Below, in pieces: positions 18,225 to 28,024 of a stretch of 64,000 nucleotides of DNA. This stretch comes from Clostridia bacterium. Its GTDB lineage: Bacteria > Bacillota > Clostridia > TANB77 > UBA1234. The DNA is taken from the NCBI GenBank assembly GCA_017469565.1, contig JAFUGC010000003.1, forward strand, positions 13,656 through 77,655, read 5' to 3'. Position 1 is the first letter of the stretch, and every line of letters starts with the position of its first letter. Position numbers and translations under genes: made by a program. Below the pieces are notes generated by a model, which had not been told where the DNA came from, did not search any database, and saw only the letters and a list, made by a program, of their open reading frames with translations.

Positions 18225-19007
18225 ATGATAAGCTCCAAGTTCATGACTATTTCAACCCCTAATGTTATTCCTGGAATGATGGTGGAGGAGAAGCTGGAGG
18301 AAGCAATTGATAATGTTGCTGACTTTATCGTGAATTTGCCGGCGGAGATGAAAAAGGCGCAGAAGCATCAGCGTATTGTGCGTATGCGGCAGAAGCGCCG
18401 TGACTGTAAGCACAAGCGGGAAACGCTGAAGGCACAGCGCTTGAATCACGAGGTCAAGATGTTCCTCTCCGGAAAGCTGGAGGGAATTTCTAACCGTGAG
18501 GGAAAGCGCATGCGTATGGCTCTGATGGAGCAGAATGCGGTGCTGAACTTCATCGAGGAGGACCTGGATGATGATGCGGGTTTTTTCGATGAGAACCGCA
18601 TGGACTACATCGAATACATGAACAAGCTCGAGGATGAGGCGAGCAACAATCGGGATTACGAAAGCGACTTTGCCTACTATGATTGCATGGACGATTACGA
18701 CGATTACTGGGATTACTGGGACGATTACAGGGATTTCACTTCTGATGAGGAAGAAGAAATGGATCCTGAGCGCATTGCGGAAGAGATCGAACAGGCGTAT
18801 ATGGAATATGATTCCTGGAATCAAAGCTGGGAATGGTATCGGAACGCCTTGGTCGAAGCCCTCTATTATGCAAGGCTGGACCAGCAGAAGAAGTGGGAAG
18901 AGTCTCTTTGGAGAGCGGAGGCACTCTGCTATTTTAACTCTCCTAAGAGCAGTCAGGAGGAGCATGAACGCATGGTAGCTACCATGCGTGAGGTAGCTAC
19001 CTACTAA
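18225..19007 (+). CDS. acidic hypothetical protein on a GC-rich islet next to ssrA
   Basis: 260 aa with GGGAGA RBS. A basic N-terminal region (RMRQKRRDCKHKRE) is followed by a DYWDYWDDY acidic/aromatic region. Composition is clearly GC-richer than the neighbours. Confidence 0.5.
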   Translation: MISSKFMTISTPNVIPGMMVEEKLEEAIDNVADFIVNLPAEMKKAQKHQRIVRMRQKRRDCKHKRETLKAQRLNHEVKMFLSGKLEGISNREGKRMRMALMEQNAVLNFIEEDLDDDAGFFDENRMDYIEYMNKLEDEASNNRDYESDFAYYDCMDDYDDYWDYWDDYRDFTSDEEEEMDPERIAEEIEQAYMEYDSWNQSWEWYRNALVEALYYARLDQQKKWEESLWRAEALCYFNSPKSSQEEHERMVATMREVATY

Positions 19008-19023
19008 GTAACTACAAAAAAAG

Positions 19024-19063
19024 GAAAACCCAATGTGCTTTAAGCACACTGGGTTTTCTTTTT
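19024..19063. terminator. bidirectional terminator shared by the 18225 gene and ssrA
   Basis: GAAAACCCAATGTGC-TTTAA-GCACACTGGGTTTTC followed by T6. Confidence 0.8.
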
Positions 19064-19417
19064 TGGTGGAAATGAGGAGAATCGAACTCCTGTCCGAAAA
19101 TTCTTCCATATCAACTTCTCCGAGTGCAGTTTATCTTTTAAAATTCCCATATTTGAAACGCCGATAAACAGGCTTTTCAAAACAGTAACTTGATAAATAC
19201 CCACTATCTCAAAGTTTTGATAGTTTTGTTTCCACTTTTAGATGACGCTTGCACCCAACGAAAGTGGCACATCAGGGCAAACGAAGCCGCAACTAGGCAG
19301 CTAAAGCAACTTTATTGTTGTTAATTATTTTTATTCTCACATTTTTTAGATGGCCAAGTGAGAATCCATCACTCGCTATTGATACTTCTAAATATCCGTC
19401 GAAACCATTACATCCCC
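19064..19417 (-). ncRNA. ssrA: transfer-messenger RNA
   Basis: On the minus strand it reads 5' GGGGATGTAATGGTTTCGAC ... GGAGTTCGATTCTCCTCATTTCCACCA 3'. The internal tag reading frame ends ..AAC AAC AAT AAA GTT GCT TTA GCT GCC TAG (..NNNKVALAA*). Confidence 0.9.
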
Positions 19418-19483
19418 GTATATTCAATTGTTATTATAGCAGATTATTGAAGAGATTGCAAATTTTTTAAGCGAGAAAGGGTG

Positions 19484-19565
19484 ACAAATAGGGACCACCA
19501 TTTTTGTGCGGCTTTATGAAAAATTTGTGAACGAAAAGCGAACAAAAATGGTTGTCCCTATTTGT
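19484..19565. repeat. 82-bp minimal member of the GTCCCTAWT repeat family (24-nt inverted ends only)
   Basis: ACAAATAGGGACCACCATTTTTGT ... ACAAAAATGGTTGTCCCTATTTGT. Confidence 0.8.
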
Positions 19566-19615
19566 ACGGTATGATATAATCTGAATATACATGAAAAATT
19601 TTGGAGGATAGTTTT

Positions 19616-20341
19616 ATGAGTGTTGATAAAGCGATACAAATTAGAAGCATTTTATCGCGAAAAAAGGATAAGATAAAGAGCCAAAAAAAGTTTAGAAGTG
19701 TATGTTTTGCAGCAACGCTTGCACTTTGTTGCGCAGTTTATGTGCTTTCTTATGCCAATGATACTGTCACAACTTATAATGAAAAAAATGAAGTTTTATC
19801 CAATGATCAACAAGAGGTAGAAATGGCAAAACAGCAAATTGAGGAGGAAAAGCTACAGATTGTGGAACAACAAGAAGAGCTTGCACTTACAGCTGAAATG
19901 CTTGCAAAGAATAACCAGAGCATCATTGAGGAAAATATGCGTCTACAAGATACCTTAAAAATTGCGGCGAGTGTTGGTATTACCCCGCAAAATTATAATG
20001 ATGCAGACCCGGCAGATACTGCTATTGATTACACTAAGTTAGAATATATTGGTGAGTTTGAAGGAACGGCGTATACACCAAGTCCGGAGGAGTGTAGTAA
20101 TAGTTTAGGATATACGGCATCGGGAAAGCCAATTGTAGCAGGCGTTTCTATTGCGGTTGATACTTCATACTGGAAATTAGGAACGGAGTTTTATATTGAG
20201 GGTTTAGGATATGTGGTGGCCATGGATACGGGAAGTGCGGTAAAAGGCAAGTACAGGTTTGATTATGCTGTTTTTGATAGATCGTTTGCATTAAAATTAG
20301 GAAGAAGGAATTGGAAGGTATATAAGGTAATTAGTGAGTGA
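19616..20341 (+). CDS. 3D-domain (MltA/RlpA-like fold) cell-wall protein
   Basis: N-terminal TM, a coiled-coil region, and a C-terminal 3D domain GTAYTP...GKPIVAGVSIAVD...VVAMDTGSAVKG. ATG 19616 follows TGGAGGA. Confidence 0.75.
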   Translation: MSVDKAIQIRSILSRKKDKIKSQKKFRSVCFAATLALCCAVYVLSYANDTVTTYNEKNEVLSNDQQEVEMAKQQIEEEKLQIVEQQEELALTAEMLAKNNQSIIEENMRLQDTLKIAASVGITPQNYNDADPADTAIDYTKLEYIGEFEGTAYTPSPEECSNSLGYTASGKPIVAGVSIAVDTSYWKLGTEFYIEGLGYVVAMDTGSAVKGKYRFDYAVFDRSFALKLGRRNWKVYKVISE

Positions 20342-20390
20342 AACTTTTGTTCGCGAAACTGTTGACAAGAACACATATTTGTGATAACAT
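20341..20390 (+). promoter_or_regulatory. lexA promoter with candidate LexA (Cheo-type) boxes
   Basis: TTGACA (20362..20367) - 17 nt - TAACAT. AAACTTTTGTTC (20341..20352) and AGAACACATATTTG in the spacer resemble GAAC-N4-GTTC with 1-3 mismatches. Confidence 0.55.
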
Positions 20391-20443
20391 CCACTTAGAA
20401 TTAGAAGGATTTTCCGTAAAACTCACATTCTAGGAGGTATCAT

Positions 20444-21076
20444 ATGAAGAAAAAAGGTGCTACAGATAAACAGCAAAAGGTTTTAGATTTTGTTAAAGAA
20501 TCCATGAAAAGAGATGGATATGCTCCATCTGTAAGAGAAATATGTAAGGCGTTAGATTTAAAATCAACTTCTACGGTTCATGGTTATCTTGTAAGGCTTG
20601 AAAAGAAGGGCTTAATTCAAAGGGCTGCATTAAAACCAAGAACTCTTAGAATTGTTGGTAGTCAGGATGCCGCAGATGAAAAAGGTTTTTATTCATCAAA
20701 AGAAATGGTAGATGTTCCAATTGTGGGAAAAGTAACAGCAGGTCTTCCTATTCTTGCTGTGGAAAATATAGAGGATTCCTTCCCATTGCCTGTAGATTTT
20801 GTTGGTAATTCCGAATCTTTCATGCTAAAGGTAAGAGGAGATAGTATGATTGATGCAGGTATTTTGGATGGAGATCTTGTGCTTGTAAAAAAACAAAATA
20901 CTGCTGAAAATGGTGATATTGTTGTTGCGTTAATTGAAGATGAGGCTACAGTGAAAAAGTTCTATAAAGAAAAGAATTTTATTAGATTGCAGCCACAGAA
21001 CCAGTTTATGCAGCCAATCATCGTACCAGATTGTACTATTCTTGGAAAAGTGGCAGGGGTATTTAGAAGATTATAA
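20444..21076 (+). CDS. lexA: LexA repressor
   Basis: N-terminal wHTH ([10 protein letters not shown]), an AG-type cleavage region, and S24 peptidase motifs GDSM and [14 protein letters not shown]. Confidence 0.95.
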   Translation: MKKKGATDKQQKVLDFVKESMKRDGYAPSVREICKALDLKSTSTVHGYLVRLEKKGLIQRAALKPRTLRIVGSQDAADEKGFYSSKEMVDVPIVGKVTAGLPILAVENIEDSFPLPVDFVGNSESFMLKVRGDSMIDAGILDGDLVLVKKQNTAENGDIVVALIEDEATVKKFYKEKNFIRLQPQNQFMQPIIVPDCTILGKVAGVFRRL

Positions 21077-21152
21077 TAGAACCATTGAGAATAAGCTAAT
21101 TCAATGTATAAAAAAGAAATCACTTCATAAAATATTCATGAGGTGATTTTTT

Positions 21153-21365
21153 ATGTCTGAAAATAAATCGGAAAAATCAAATATACCAAGCTATAGGAAA
21201 AATAAACTTGGTCTTGACAATAGTAATGTTAGAATTAAGGGCAGAGGGATTGTGGAAGATGATACAGAATACGGTGAATTTATTGCAACATTTGATGCCT
21301 GGCTAACGCCAGAAGAACAAAAAAGAAGAGCAAAATATCTAGAAAATTTAGGAAGAGAGGAATAA
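21153..21365 (+). CDS. small hypothetical protein
   Basis: 70-aa ORF. Its GAGGTGA RBS is embedded in the lexA terminator hairpin. Confidence 0.4.
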   Translation: MSENKSEKSNIPSYRKNKLGLDNSNVRIKGRGIVEDDTEYGEFIATFDAWLTPEEQKRRAKYLENLGREE

Positions 21366-21380
21366 AATTCGTAAAAAGAC

Positions 21381-21415
21381 TTGTAAAAACTCGATAATTA
21401 TGTTAACATAATTAT
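21381..21415 (+). promoter_or_regulatory. promoter overlapped by a perfect 22-bp palindrome (candidate operator)
   Basis: TTGTAA - 17 nt - TAACAT. The palindrome ATAATTATGTT|AACATAATTAT occupies 21394..21415. Confidence 0.5.
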
Positions 21416-21448
21416 GTTGGCAATAATTCAATATAGACCGATGCCAGA

Positions 21449-22351
21449 ATGGCAGAAAGGAAAAAGAAAAAAATGAAAAGCAACGAGAACGTTCAGAAAG
21501 AACTGGAAATCCGGGAAGAAATGAACCAGGAGGATGCTGGATTTGTGGAAATTCAGCAGGAGTATCTGCAGGAAAAGTATGAGGAAGAAATGAGTCAAAA
21601 GGCTCAGACAGACGGCACGCAAGAAGGTCATGTGGTGGATGAGCCGCTGAATCCTGATGTTTCCGTGGAAACAGAACAGACCAAGTTTGAAAAAGAGGAT
21701 GAGGAACGGCCGGTTGATGTTAATGAGGTGTATGGATATGTTCCTCCTAGGAAGAGACGCCCTAGACCCTCTAGTACTTTAAAAAGGCATTGGAATGCCA
21801 AGGAGTTTGCATTTGGTATACTGGAAGGAACTCTCCTTGGTTTGTCCATCTTAGTGGTGTTTCTCACCACATACCTTACATGGCATGGTGGCATGTCCAA
21901 ATGGAACTATGAAGTTGAAAATCTGTGTGAGAAGATGGCCATGGGTACTTGGGTGAATGGTCTCAATCTTATCGATGGCTATGATTCTCTAGAGTTTACC
22001 ACGTCTGATAGACAGACACTGGATACTATAGTCACTTATGGCATTCAGAAGAATGTGACTGCTGGCGAGGAATCTGATTTGAAACTGAGGATGAAAATCG
22101 GAAGTATTCAGATGGACTATGATTCTAAAAATCCTAATGTGTTCAAATTCGTAAATCACGATGAAATATATTTCAAAAATATGAAGGTTACGTTTGATGG
22201 ACTTTCGTATAAGGTGTCATACGGGGTGGAAATCATCACACTGACGCTGATGACGGTTGTGGTTTTACTAGCAGGGTTAATCATATATTATCTGTTTTAT
22301 CTGTTGGTCAAAAAACTTCTGTATGGATACAAGAAGGAGGATTTTCGTTGA
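21449..22351 (+). CDS. hypothetical two-TM membrane protein (GC-rich islet)
   Basis: 300 aa with a charged N-terminal ~110 aa. TM segments are FAFGILEGTLLGLSILVVFLTTYL and IITLTLMTVVVLLAGLIIYYLFYLL. Confidence 0.5.
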   Translation: MAERKKKKMKSNENVQKELEIREEMNQEDAGFVEIQQEYLQEKYEEEMSQKAQTDGTQEGHVVDEPLNPDVSVETEQTKFEKEDEERPVDVNEVYGYVPPRKRRPRPSSTLKRHWNAKEFAFGILEGTLLGLSILVVFLTTYLTWHGGMSKWNYEVENLCEKMAMGTWVNGLNLIDGYDSLEFTTSDRQTLDTIVTYGIQKNVTAGEESDLKLRMKIGSIQMDYDSKNPNVFKFVNHDEIYFKNMKVTFDGLSYKVSYGVEIITLTLMTVVVLLAGLIIYYLFYLLVKKLLYGYKKEDFR

Positions 22352-22569
22352 ATATAAGAAGAACAGTAACTTGTCCTCATTGCGGAGAATATCTTGCGAC
22401 GATTTCCGAGATAAGCGTAGGATCATTTATGGATGTTTGTATCCCGGAAACTCGGAAAATTGCCGAGTGGTCTAATGAGGCAAAAGTAATCCATACCTCT
22501 GAGCCGGATGTAGTGGAGATTATCTGCGGGACGTGCGGATACGGATGCAAAGTGGATTATAGAGACTAA
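22348..22569 (+). CDS. small zinc-ribbon protein
   Basis: 73 aa with CPHC...CGTCGYGC. The TTG start overlaps the upstream stop, indicating translational coupling. Confidence 0.5.
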   Translation: MNIRRTVTCPHCGEYLATISEISVGSFMDVCIPETRKIAEWSNEAKVIHTSEPDVVEIICGTCGYGCKVDYRD

Positions 22570-22632
22570 TTTTTAATCGGGTTGGGAATTTTTCCTGACC
22601 TGATTTTTTTGTCTTAACTTTCAAAAAAAATA

Positions 22633-22689
22633 TTGACAAGTAAAAATAAGGTGCTATAATACTACTTGAAAGGTCAAAGAAAGTCAAAG
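22633..22689 (+). promoter_or_regulatory. ctsR operon promoter plus CtsR operator
   Basis: TTGACA - 16 nt - TGcTATAAT, then the direct repeat AGGTCAAAGAAAGTCAAAG (22671..22689), which matches the (A/G)GTCAAA-NAN-(A/G)GTCAAA CtsR box. Confidence 0.8.
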
Positions 22690-22716
22690 TTAAATTTAAA
22701 TCGAGGTGATTGGAAA

Positions 22717-23169
22717 ATGAGACTATCAGAATTAATTGAAGAATATATCAAAAGTATGATGGCAGATAGTGATGAGTTTGTAGAGTTTGGAAGAAATGAA
22801 TTGGCAGAATATTTTCACTGTGTACCATCGCAAATCAATTATGTCATTAGCACACGTTTTAGTCCTGAAAGAGGCTATTATGTAGAAAGCAGAAGGGGTG
22901 GTGGCGGAAACGTCAAAATCAAAAGAATTGATATCACAAAGGATACTTATATTATGCACCTTGTCAATTCTTTAGATAAGAGTTTATCTCAGCAAGAAGC
23001 GGAAATAATGATTCATAATATGATTGATTATCAGGTGATTGATGAGAAGACGGGAAAGCTTTTGAAAGTGGCAACCAATGATAAGGTGCTAGGGCTGCCA
23101 AAGGAATATAGGGATGATGTGAGAACAAGAATTTTTAAGAATATGATTATTAATTTAATCAGTGAGTGA
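22717..23169 (+). CDS. ctsR: class III heat-shock repressor CtsR
   Basis: MRLSELIEEYIK.., Gly-rich loop SRRGGGGNVKI, and its position ahead of mcsA-mcsB-clpC. Confidence 0.9.
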   Translation: MRLSELIEEYIKSMMADSDEFVEFGRNELAEYFHCVPSQINYVISTRFSPERGYYVESRRGGGGNVKIKRIDITKDTYIMHLVNSLDKSLSQQEAEIMIHNMIDYQVIDEKTGKLLKVATNDKVLGLPKEYRDDVRTRIFKNMIINLISE

Positions 23170-23204
23170 GGAATGGGCCTGTGCCTAAAAAGGAGGTAAT
23201 TTTT

Positions 23205-23780
23205 ATGAAATGTCAAAATTGTGGAGAAAATGAAGCAAATGTAAGATATACACAGATTATTAATGGAAAAAAAGAGGAAATTTTTGTTTGTGATAAGTGT
23301 GCCAGTCAGTTAAAGTTGGATATGAATTTTAAGTTTGGATTTGATGATGTCTTTTCATCATTTTTTGGTGAGCCAGCCTTTTTTAAACCTCTTGAAATTT
23401 CTGATGGTTTAGTGTGTGATGTGTGTGGCACCAAGTATGATGACTTTGCAAGTACTGGAATGTTAGGATGTGAAAATTGTTATCGTGTTTTTAGCAGGAG
23501 GCTTGATAACGTCTTGAAGAAACTTCATGGTAATAATAGACATATTGAGGAGGGAGAAAGACAAGTTCCAATGTCATCAGAAATCAGTGCTTCGAAAGAA
23601 AAGAAAAAGAGTTTAGAAGAGGTGATTGCGGAGTTAAAAGAAAAACTAGCAAGTTGTATCAAGAGTGAAGATTATGAGCAGGCCGCGATTATCCGTGACA
23701 AGATAAAAAAATTGGAGAAAAAGTTAAATGATAAAAAATTCAATACCAAAAAATTGGAAGATAGAGAAAGAGGTGAGTGA
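23205..23780 (+). CDS. mcsA: McsA (zinc-finger / UVR-motif activator of McsB)
   Basis: CQNCGE..CDKC and CDVCG..CENC zinc fingers, plus the C-terminal UVR motif EDYEQAAIIRDKIKKLE. Confidence 0.85.
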   Translation: MKCQNCGENEANVRYTQIINGKKEEIFVCDKCASQLKLDMNFKFGFDDVFSSFFGEPAFFKPLEISDGLVCDVCGTKYDDFASTGMLGCENCYRVFSRRLDNVLKKLHGNNRHIEEGERQVPMSSEISASKEKKKSLEEVIAELKEKLASCIKSEDYEQAAIIRDKIKKLEKKLNDKKFNTKKLEDRERGE

Positions 23781-23782
23781 TC

Positions 23783-24784
23783 ATGAGTTGGTATTTGGAA
23801 AATGGGCCTGAATCAGATGTTGTAGTGAGTACTAGGGTAAGGCTTGCAAGAAATATTGTGGGTCACAAGTTTGTACCAAAGGCAAATGGGAAAGAGTTAG
23901 AAGAAGTAATGAATTTATTCAAGGAGAATAAAATAATTCCTGAACTTAGATTTGTAAGGCTTTGTGAATTGGATGAATTGATGCAAAATAGTTTGGTGGA
24001 GAAACATATCATTAGTAGAGATATTTTAAATGAGGAAAATGCAGCACTCTTACTCAATAATGATGAAGATGTTTGTGTGATGATTAATGAAGAGGATCAT
24101 GTTCGTATTCAAGCAATGAAGCCGGGATTGGATTTAAATGGTGCTTTAAAAATGGCCAAAGAAATTGATAGCAAGATTGCAAGCAAAGTGGAATATGCTT
24201 ATAGTGATATTTATGGATATTTGACAGCATGCCCAACCAATGTTGGTACTGGTCTTAGGGCTTCGGTTATGCTTCATTTGCCTGCACTTAGGATTACGGG
24301 TAGACTTGGCAAGATTATGGATGTGATTAGCAAGGTAAACCTAAATGTTCGTGGTGTTTATGGTGAGGGCACAGAAGCAATCGGAGATATGTATCAGGTT
24401 TCTAATAAGGCAAGTTTAGGAATGACAAATGAGGAAATAATTGTTAATGTAAAAGCAATTTCAAAGAAAATTATTGAACAAGAGAGAAAGGCTCGTGAAT
24501 ATTTAAAAGACAGAGGAATTGATTTTGAAGATAAGGTTTATCGTGATTATGGGATATTGACATCGGCAAGAAAGATTTCTTCCGATGAATGTGCTAAATT
24601 GATTTCCATTGTAAAACTTGGTGTGGATATGGGAATTATTAAAGAAATTGATTCTAAAAAAGTGAACGAAATATCAATCATGACAAAGCCTGCCACATTG
24701 CAAAAGTGCTATAAGGAGGCATTGGAACCAAATGAGAGAGATGTGAAAAGGGCAGAGTTAATTAAGAATATTATGAAAGAGTGA
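23783..24784 (+). CDS. mcsB: protein arginine kinase McsB
   Basis: Phosphagen-kinase-like motifs NEEDHVRIQ, CPTNVGTGLRAS and GVYGEG. Confidence 0.9.
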   Translation: MSWYLENGPESDVVVSTRVRLARNIVGHKFVPKANGKELEEVMNLFKENKIIPELRFVRLCELDELMQNSLVEKHIISRDILNEENAALLLNNDEDVCVMINEEDHVRIQAMKPGLDLNGALKMAKEIDSKIASKVEYAYSDIYGYLTACPTNVGTGLRASVMLHLPALRITGRLGKIMDVISKVNLNVRGVYGEGTEAIGDMYQVSNKASLGMTNEEIIVNVKAISKKIIEQERKAREYLKDRGIDFEDKVYRDYGILTSARKISSDECAKLISIVKLGVDMGIIKEIDSKKVNEISIMTKPATLQKCYKEALEPNERDVKRAELIKNIMKE

Positions 24785-24798
24785 GAAAGGAGAATTTT

Positions 24799-27228
24799 AT
24801 GGCAATGATGTATAAGTTTACAAATAGGGCGGAAAAAGCAATTGCGCTTGCCCAAGAGGCTGCAGCGGAACTTGGACATAATTATGTGGGGACAGAGCAT
24901 TTGCTTTGTGGCTTGCTTCGTGAGGGAAGTGGTCTGGCATACAGAGTGCTTACAGACCAAGGAATTACGGACGAGAAAGTAATGAATTTAATTGAAGAGT
25001 TAATTGGAAGAAATGATTCTTTGACAGAGATGCCAACCGGTTTTACACCAAGAACAAAGCGTGTTTTTGAGATTAGCTTTATGGAAGCGAAAAAAATTAA
25101 TAATAATTATATTGGAACGGAGCACTTGTTACTTGGCATTATGAAGGAGGGTGATAGTGTTGCGTCAAGGATTATTCTGGAATTAGGGGTGGATATTCAG
25201 AAATTATTTTCTGACTTAGTAAAAACATTAAATGATGAAAATAGTGGAGGGGCCACCACATCGCATAAGAAACAATCATATCATCAAACGCCAACCTTAA
25301 ATCAGTTTGGTAAGGATTTGACTTCTGATGCTACTTCTGGAAAGCTTGACCCTATTATCGGAAGAGATGATGAAATTGAAAGAATCATTCAGATTTTGAG
25401 TAGAAGAACCAAAAATAATCCATGTTTAATTGGTGAGCCGGGTGTTGGTAAAACAGCAGTGGTAGAAGGACTTGCAGAGAGAATTGTGGAGGGAAATGTT
25501 CCAGAAAATCTAAGGAATAAAAGGGTAGTAACACTGGATGTTTCTAGCATGGTGGCAGGAGCAAAATATCGAGGTGATTTTGAGGAAAGGCTTAAGAAGT
25601 GTTTGCAAGAAATTAAAAAGAGTGGAAATGTGGTTTTGTTTATTGATGAAATTCATACCATTGTTGGTGCCGGTGCAGCAGAAGGTGCCATAGATGCTGC
25701 AAACATTTTAAAACCACTTCTTGCAAGGGCAGAGATTCAAGTAATTGGTGCTACTACATTAAATGAGTATCGAAAATATATTGAGAAAGATGCGGCACTA
25801 GAAAGAAGGTTTCAACCAGTGATTGTGGGTGAGCCAACTACAGAGGAAACAGTTCAAATTTTGAGAGGAATCAGAGATAAATATGAGGCACATCATAAAG
25901 TAAAAATCACAGATGAGGCGATTAAGGCGGCTGTGGATTTATCGTCTAGATATATTAATGATAGGTATTTGCCAGATAAGGCGATTGATATCATGGATGA
26001 GGCAGCATCTAGGGTGAAACTTGCATCGCTTACGGCTCCTAAAGAAGTCAAGAAGATGGAGGAGAAAATTGAGGAAACGGTGAAAGAAAAAGAGGATGCC
26101 ATTAATACGCAAGATTTTGAGAAAGCCGCAAAATTAAGGGATAGAGAACAAAAGGAAAGAGCAAAACTGGAAAAAATGAAGGTGGAATGGGAACAGAAAA
26201 ATCAAATTGCTACAACAGAGGTGTCAGAAAATGAGATTGCTGAAGTAGTTGCAAAATGGACGGGAATCCCAGTGAGTAAAATATCTGAGGCAGAAACAAC
26301 AAGACTTAAGAATTTGGAGCAAGAACTTCATAAGAGGGTAATTGGTCAAGATGATGCCATTGTCGCAGTGAGTAAGGCTGTAAGAAGAGGAAGAGTGGGA
26401 CTTAAGGATCCTAAAAGACCAATTGGTTCCTTTATTTTCTTAGGCCCTACAGGTGTTGGAAAGACAGAGACCTGTAAAGCACTTGCAGAATGTTTATTTG
26501 GTGATGAAAATGCGATGATTCGAATCGACATGTCTGAATACATGGAGAAACATACCGTGGCAAAACTGATTGGCTCACCTCCAGGATATGTTGGTTATGA
26601 AGAGGGCGGCCAATTGACAGAAAAAGTGAGAAGAAAACCTTATTCTGTAATTTTATTTGATGAGATTGAGAAAGCGCATCCGGATGTATTTAATATATTA
26701 CTTCAAATATTGGAGGATGGTAGACTAACAGATTCTCAGGGGAGAACGGTAGATTTTAAAAATACGGTTATCATCATGACATCGAATGTGGGAGCAAGAA
26801 ATATCACAGATCATAAGGCAATTGGATTTAATAGTGCAGAAGAAAAGAAGAAAAACTATGAACAAATTAAGAGCGATGTGATGAGTGAACTTAAGAAGGA
26901 ATTTAGACCAGAGTTCTTGAATAGAGTGGATGAGATGATTGTATTTAAACAACTAGATGAAACTGAAATTGAAAAGATCGTGGACATTATGGTTAAGAAT
27001 TCTATTGCAAGACTTCAGGATAGAGAGATTAAAGTGTCTGTTACAAATTCTATGAAGAAACATATTGCGAAAAAAGGATTTGACCCGTTATATGGTGCGC
27101 GTCCGCTAAGAAGGGCAATCCAATCTTTGGTGGAGGATAAGCTGGCAGAAGGTATCTTGGATGGAAAGATTAAAGATGGAGAGAGTGTAACGTTGGATTT
27201 TGCAAAAGATGAGGTTGTGATTAAGTAA
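24799..27228 (+). CDS. clpC: ATP-dependent Clp protease ATP-binding subunit ClpC
   Basis: Clp_N repeats, two AAA+ modules (GEPGVGKT, GPTGVGKT), and UVR motif QDFEKAAKLRDRE. Confidence 0.95.
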   Translation: MAMMYKFTNRAEKAIALAQEAAAELGHNYVGTEHLLCGLLREGSGLAYRVLTDQGITDEKVMNLIEELIGRNDSLTEMPTGFTPRTKRVFEISFMEAKKINNNYIGTEHLLLGIMKEGDSVASRIILELGVDIQKLFSDLVKTLNDENSGGATTSHKKQSYHQTPTLNQFGKDLTSDATSGKLDPIIGRDDEIERIIQILSRRTKNNPCLIGEPGVGKTAVVEGLAERIVEGNVPENLRNKRVVTLDVSSMVAGAKYRGDFEERLKKCLQEIKKSGNVVLFIDEIHTIVGAGAAEGAIDAANILKPLLARAEIQVIGATTLNEYRKYIEKDAALERRFQPVIVGEPTTEETVQILRGIRDKYEAHHKVKITDEAIKAAVDLSSRYINDRYLPDKAIDIMDEAASRVKLASLTAPKEVKKMEEKIEETVKEKEDAINTQDFEKAAKLRDREQKERAKLEKMKVEWEQKNQIATTEVSENEIAEVVAKWTGIPVSKISEAETTRLKNLEQELHKRVIGQDDAIVAVSKAVRRGRVGLKDPKRPIGSFIFLGPTGVGKTETCKALAECLFGDENAMIRIDMSEYMEKHTVAKLIGSPPGYVGYEEGGQLTEKVRRKPYSVILFDEIEKAHPDVFNILLQILEDGRLTDSQGRTVDFKNTVIIMTSNVGARNITDHKAIGFNSAEEKKKNYEQIKSDVMSELKKEFRPEFLNRVDEMIVFKQLDETEIEKIVDIMVKNSIARLQDREIKVSVTNSMKKHIAKKGFDPLYGARPLRRAIQSLVEDKLAEGILDGKIKDGESVTLDFAKDEVVIK

Positions 27229-27349
27229 TTTGATACTTCTTTTCGACCTTGTAATAAAATGGTAATGAATTTGTAACAAAAATGTAATTGTATTATGTAG
27301 TTGTAAGTTATAAAATTGAATAGTACAAAGGATAAGAGGGGGTGTTTGC

Positions 27350-27958
27350 GTGATCACCGAAAAGAATAAAGAAAATATCATAAAAGGATTAGAGGCTGAG
27401 CTTGAAAATGGCACATTTTATCAAGTGAATCAGTGGGATGTGCTTGCAAACACTGACACGGATTTTTATCATGATGTTTTTGATTTATCTACATCAAAAA
27501 GTTATGCTACCCCTGAGTTTAAGGGTGTTGGGCTGTTTAGACCGCTTGTAAGTAATGAGTTTAATCCTTTAAATAGCACGGTTTATAATTATAAGGCAAG
27601 CTATGAGGCACCGGTACATGGAATGGCGTTTACTGGTAAGAATGGAGAGTATGTGGAGTCACATTATCTTTCCGGATTGAATTTAGGAGCAAGCATCACC
27701 AATGAGTTTGGTACAGTTACAGTGGAAGCGCCGGTTACTCATATAGATATGAAAATTAATAATATGGGTACGGATGATAATGTTCAAGTAAATATGGCTG
27801 ATATTCTACCAAATACCCAAACTGCTAATGTGATAGATTTTGCATCGGTTCCACAAGAACTTGCACTTGCCAAAAGAAATCATTGGAAAGATATTCTATT
27901 TATGGATGTGGATATTATAGGCAGTGTAAAGAAACTTTGGAAAAATATTTCTGTATAG
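27350..27958 (+). CDS. hypothetical protein
   Basis: 202-aa ORF with a GTG start after AGAGGGGG. No motif recognised. Confidence 0.45.
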   Translation: MITEKNKENIIKGLEAELENGTFYQVNQWDVLANTDTDFYHDVFDLSTSKSYATPEFKGVGLFRPLVSNEFNPLNSTVYNYKASYEAPVHGMAFTGKNGEYVESHYLSGLNLGASITNEFGTVTVEAPVTHIDMKINNMGTDDNVQVNMADILPNTQTANVIDFASVPQELALAKRNHWKDILFMDVDIIGSVKKLWKNISV

Positions 27959-27983
27959 AATTGAGGAATATTAAAAAATAACT

Positions 27984-28018
27984 AAGTGTGTAAGTGATTT
28001 TACTTACACACTTTTTTT
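27984..28018 (+). terminator. rho-independent terminator
   Basis: AAGTGTGTAAGT-GATTTT-ACTTACACACTT followed by T5. Confidence 0.85.
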
Positions 28019-28024
28019 GCTTTT

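Noticed and set aside
18252-19109. 285-aa minus-strand ORF
   Set aside because: It is fully antisense to the RBS-preceded 18225..19007 gene, and its 5' part overlaps the tmRNA 3' end and the terminator. It has no RBS. It is a long ORF typical of the antisense strand of GC-richer, stop-poor sequence.
21077-21155. The lexA terminator hairpin sequestering the RBS of the 70-aa ORF, read as a regulatory switch
   Set aside because: The hairpin (AATCACTTCAT...ATGAGGTGATT) is adequately explained as the lexA terminator. The coding status of the 70-aa ORF is itself uncertain.
27240-27330. Reiterated TGTAA(T/C/G) motifs at roughly 10-bp spacing upstream of the 27350 gene
   Set aside because: The motif is short and AT-rich, expected by chance in this composition, and I could not match it to a known operator consensus.
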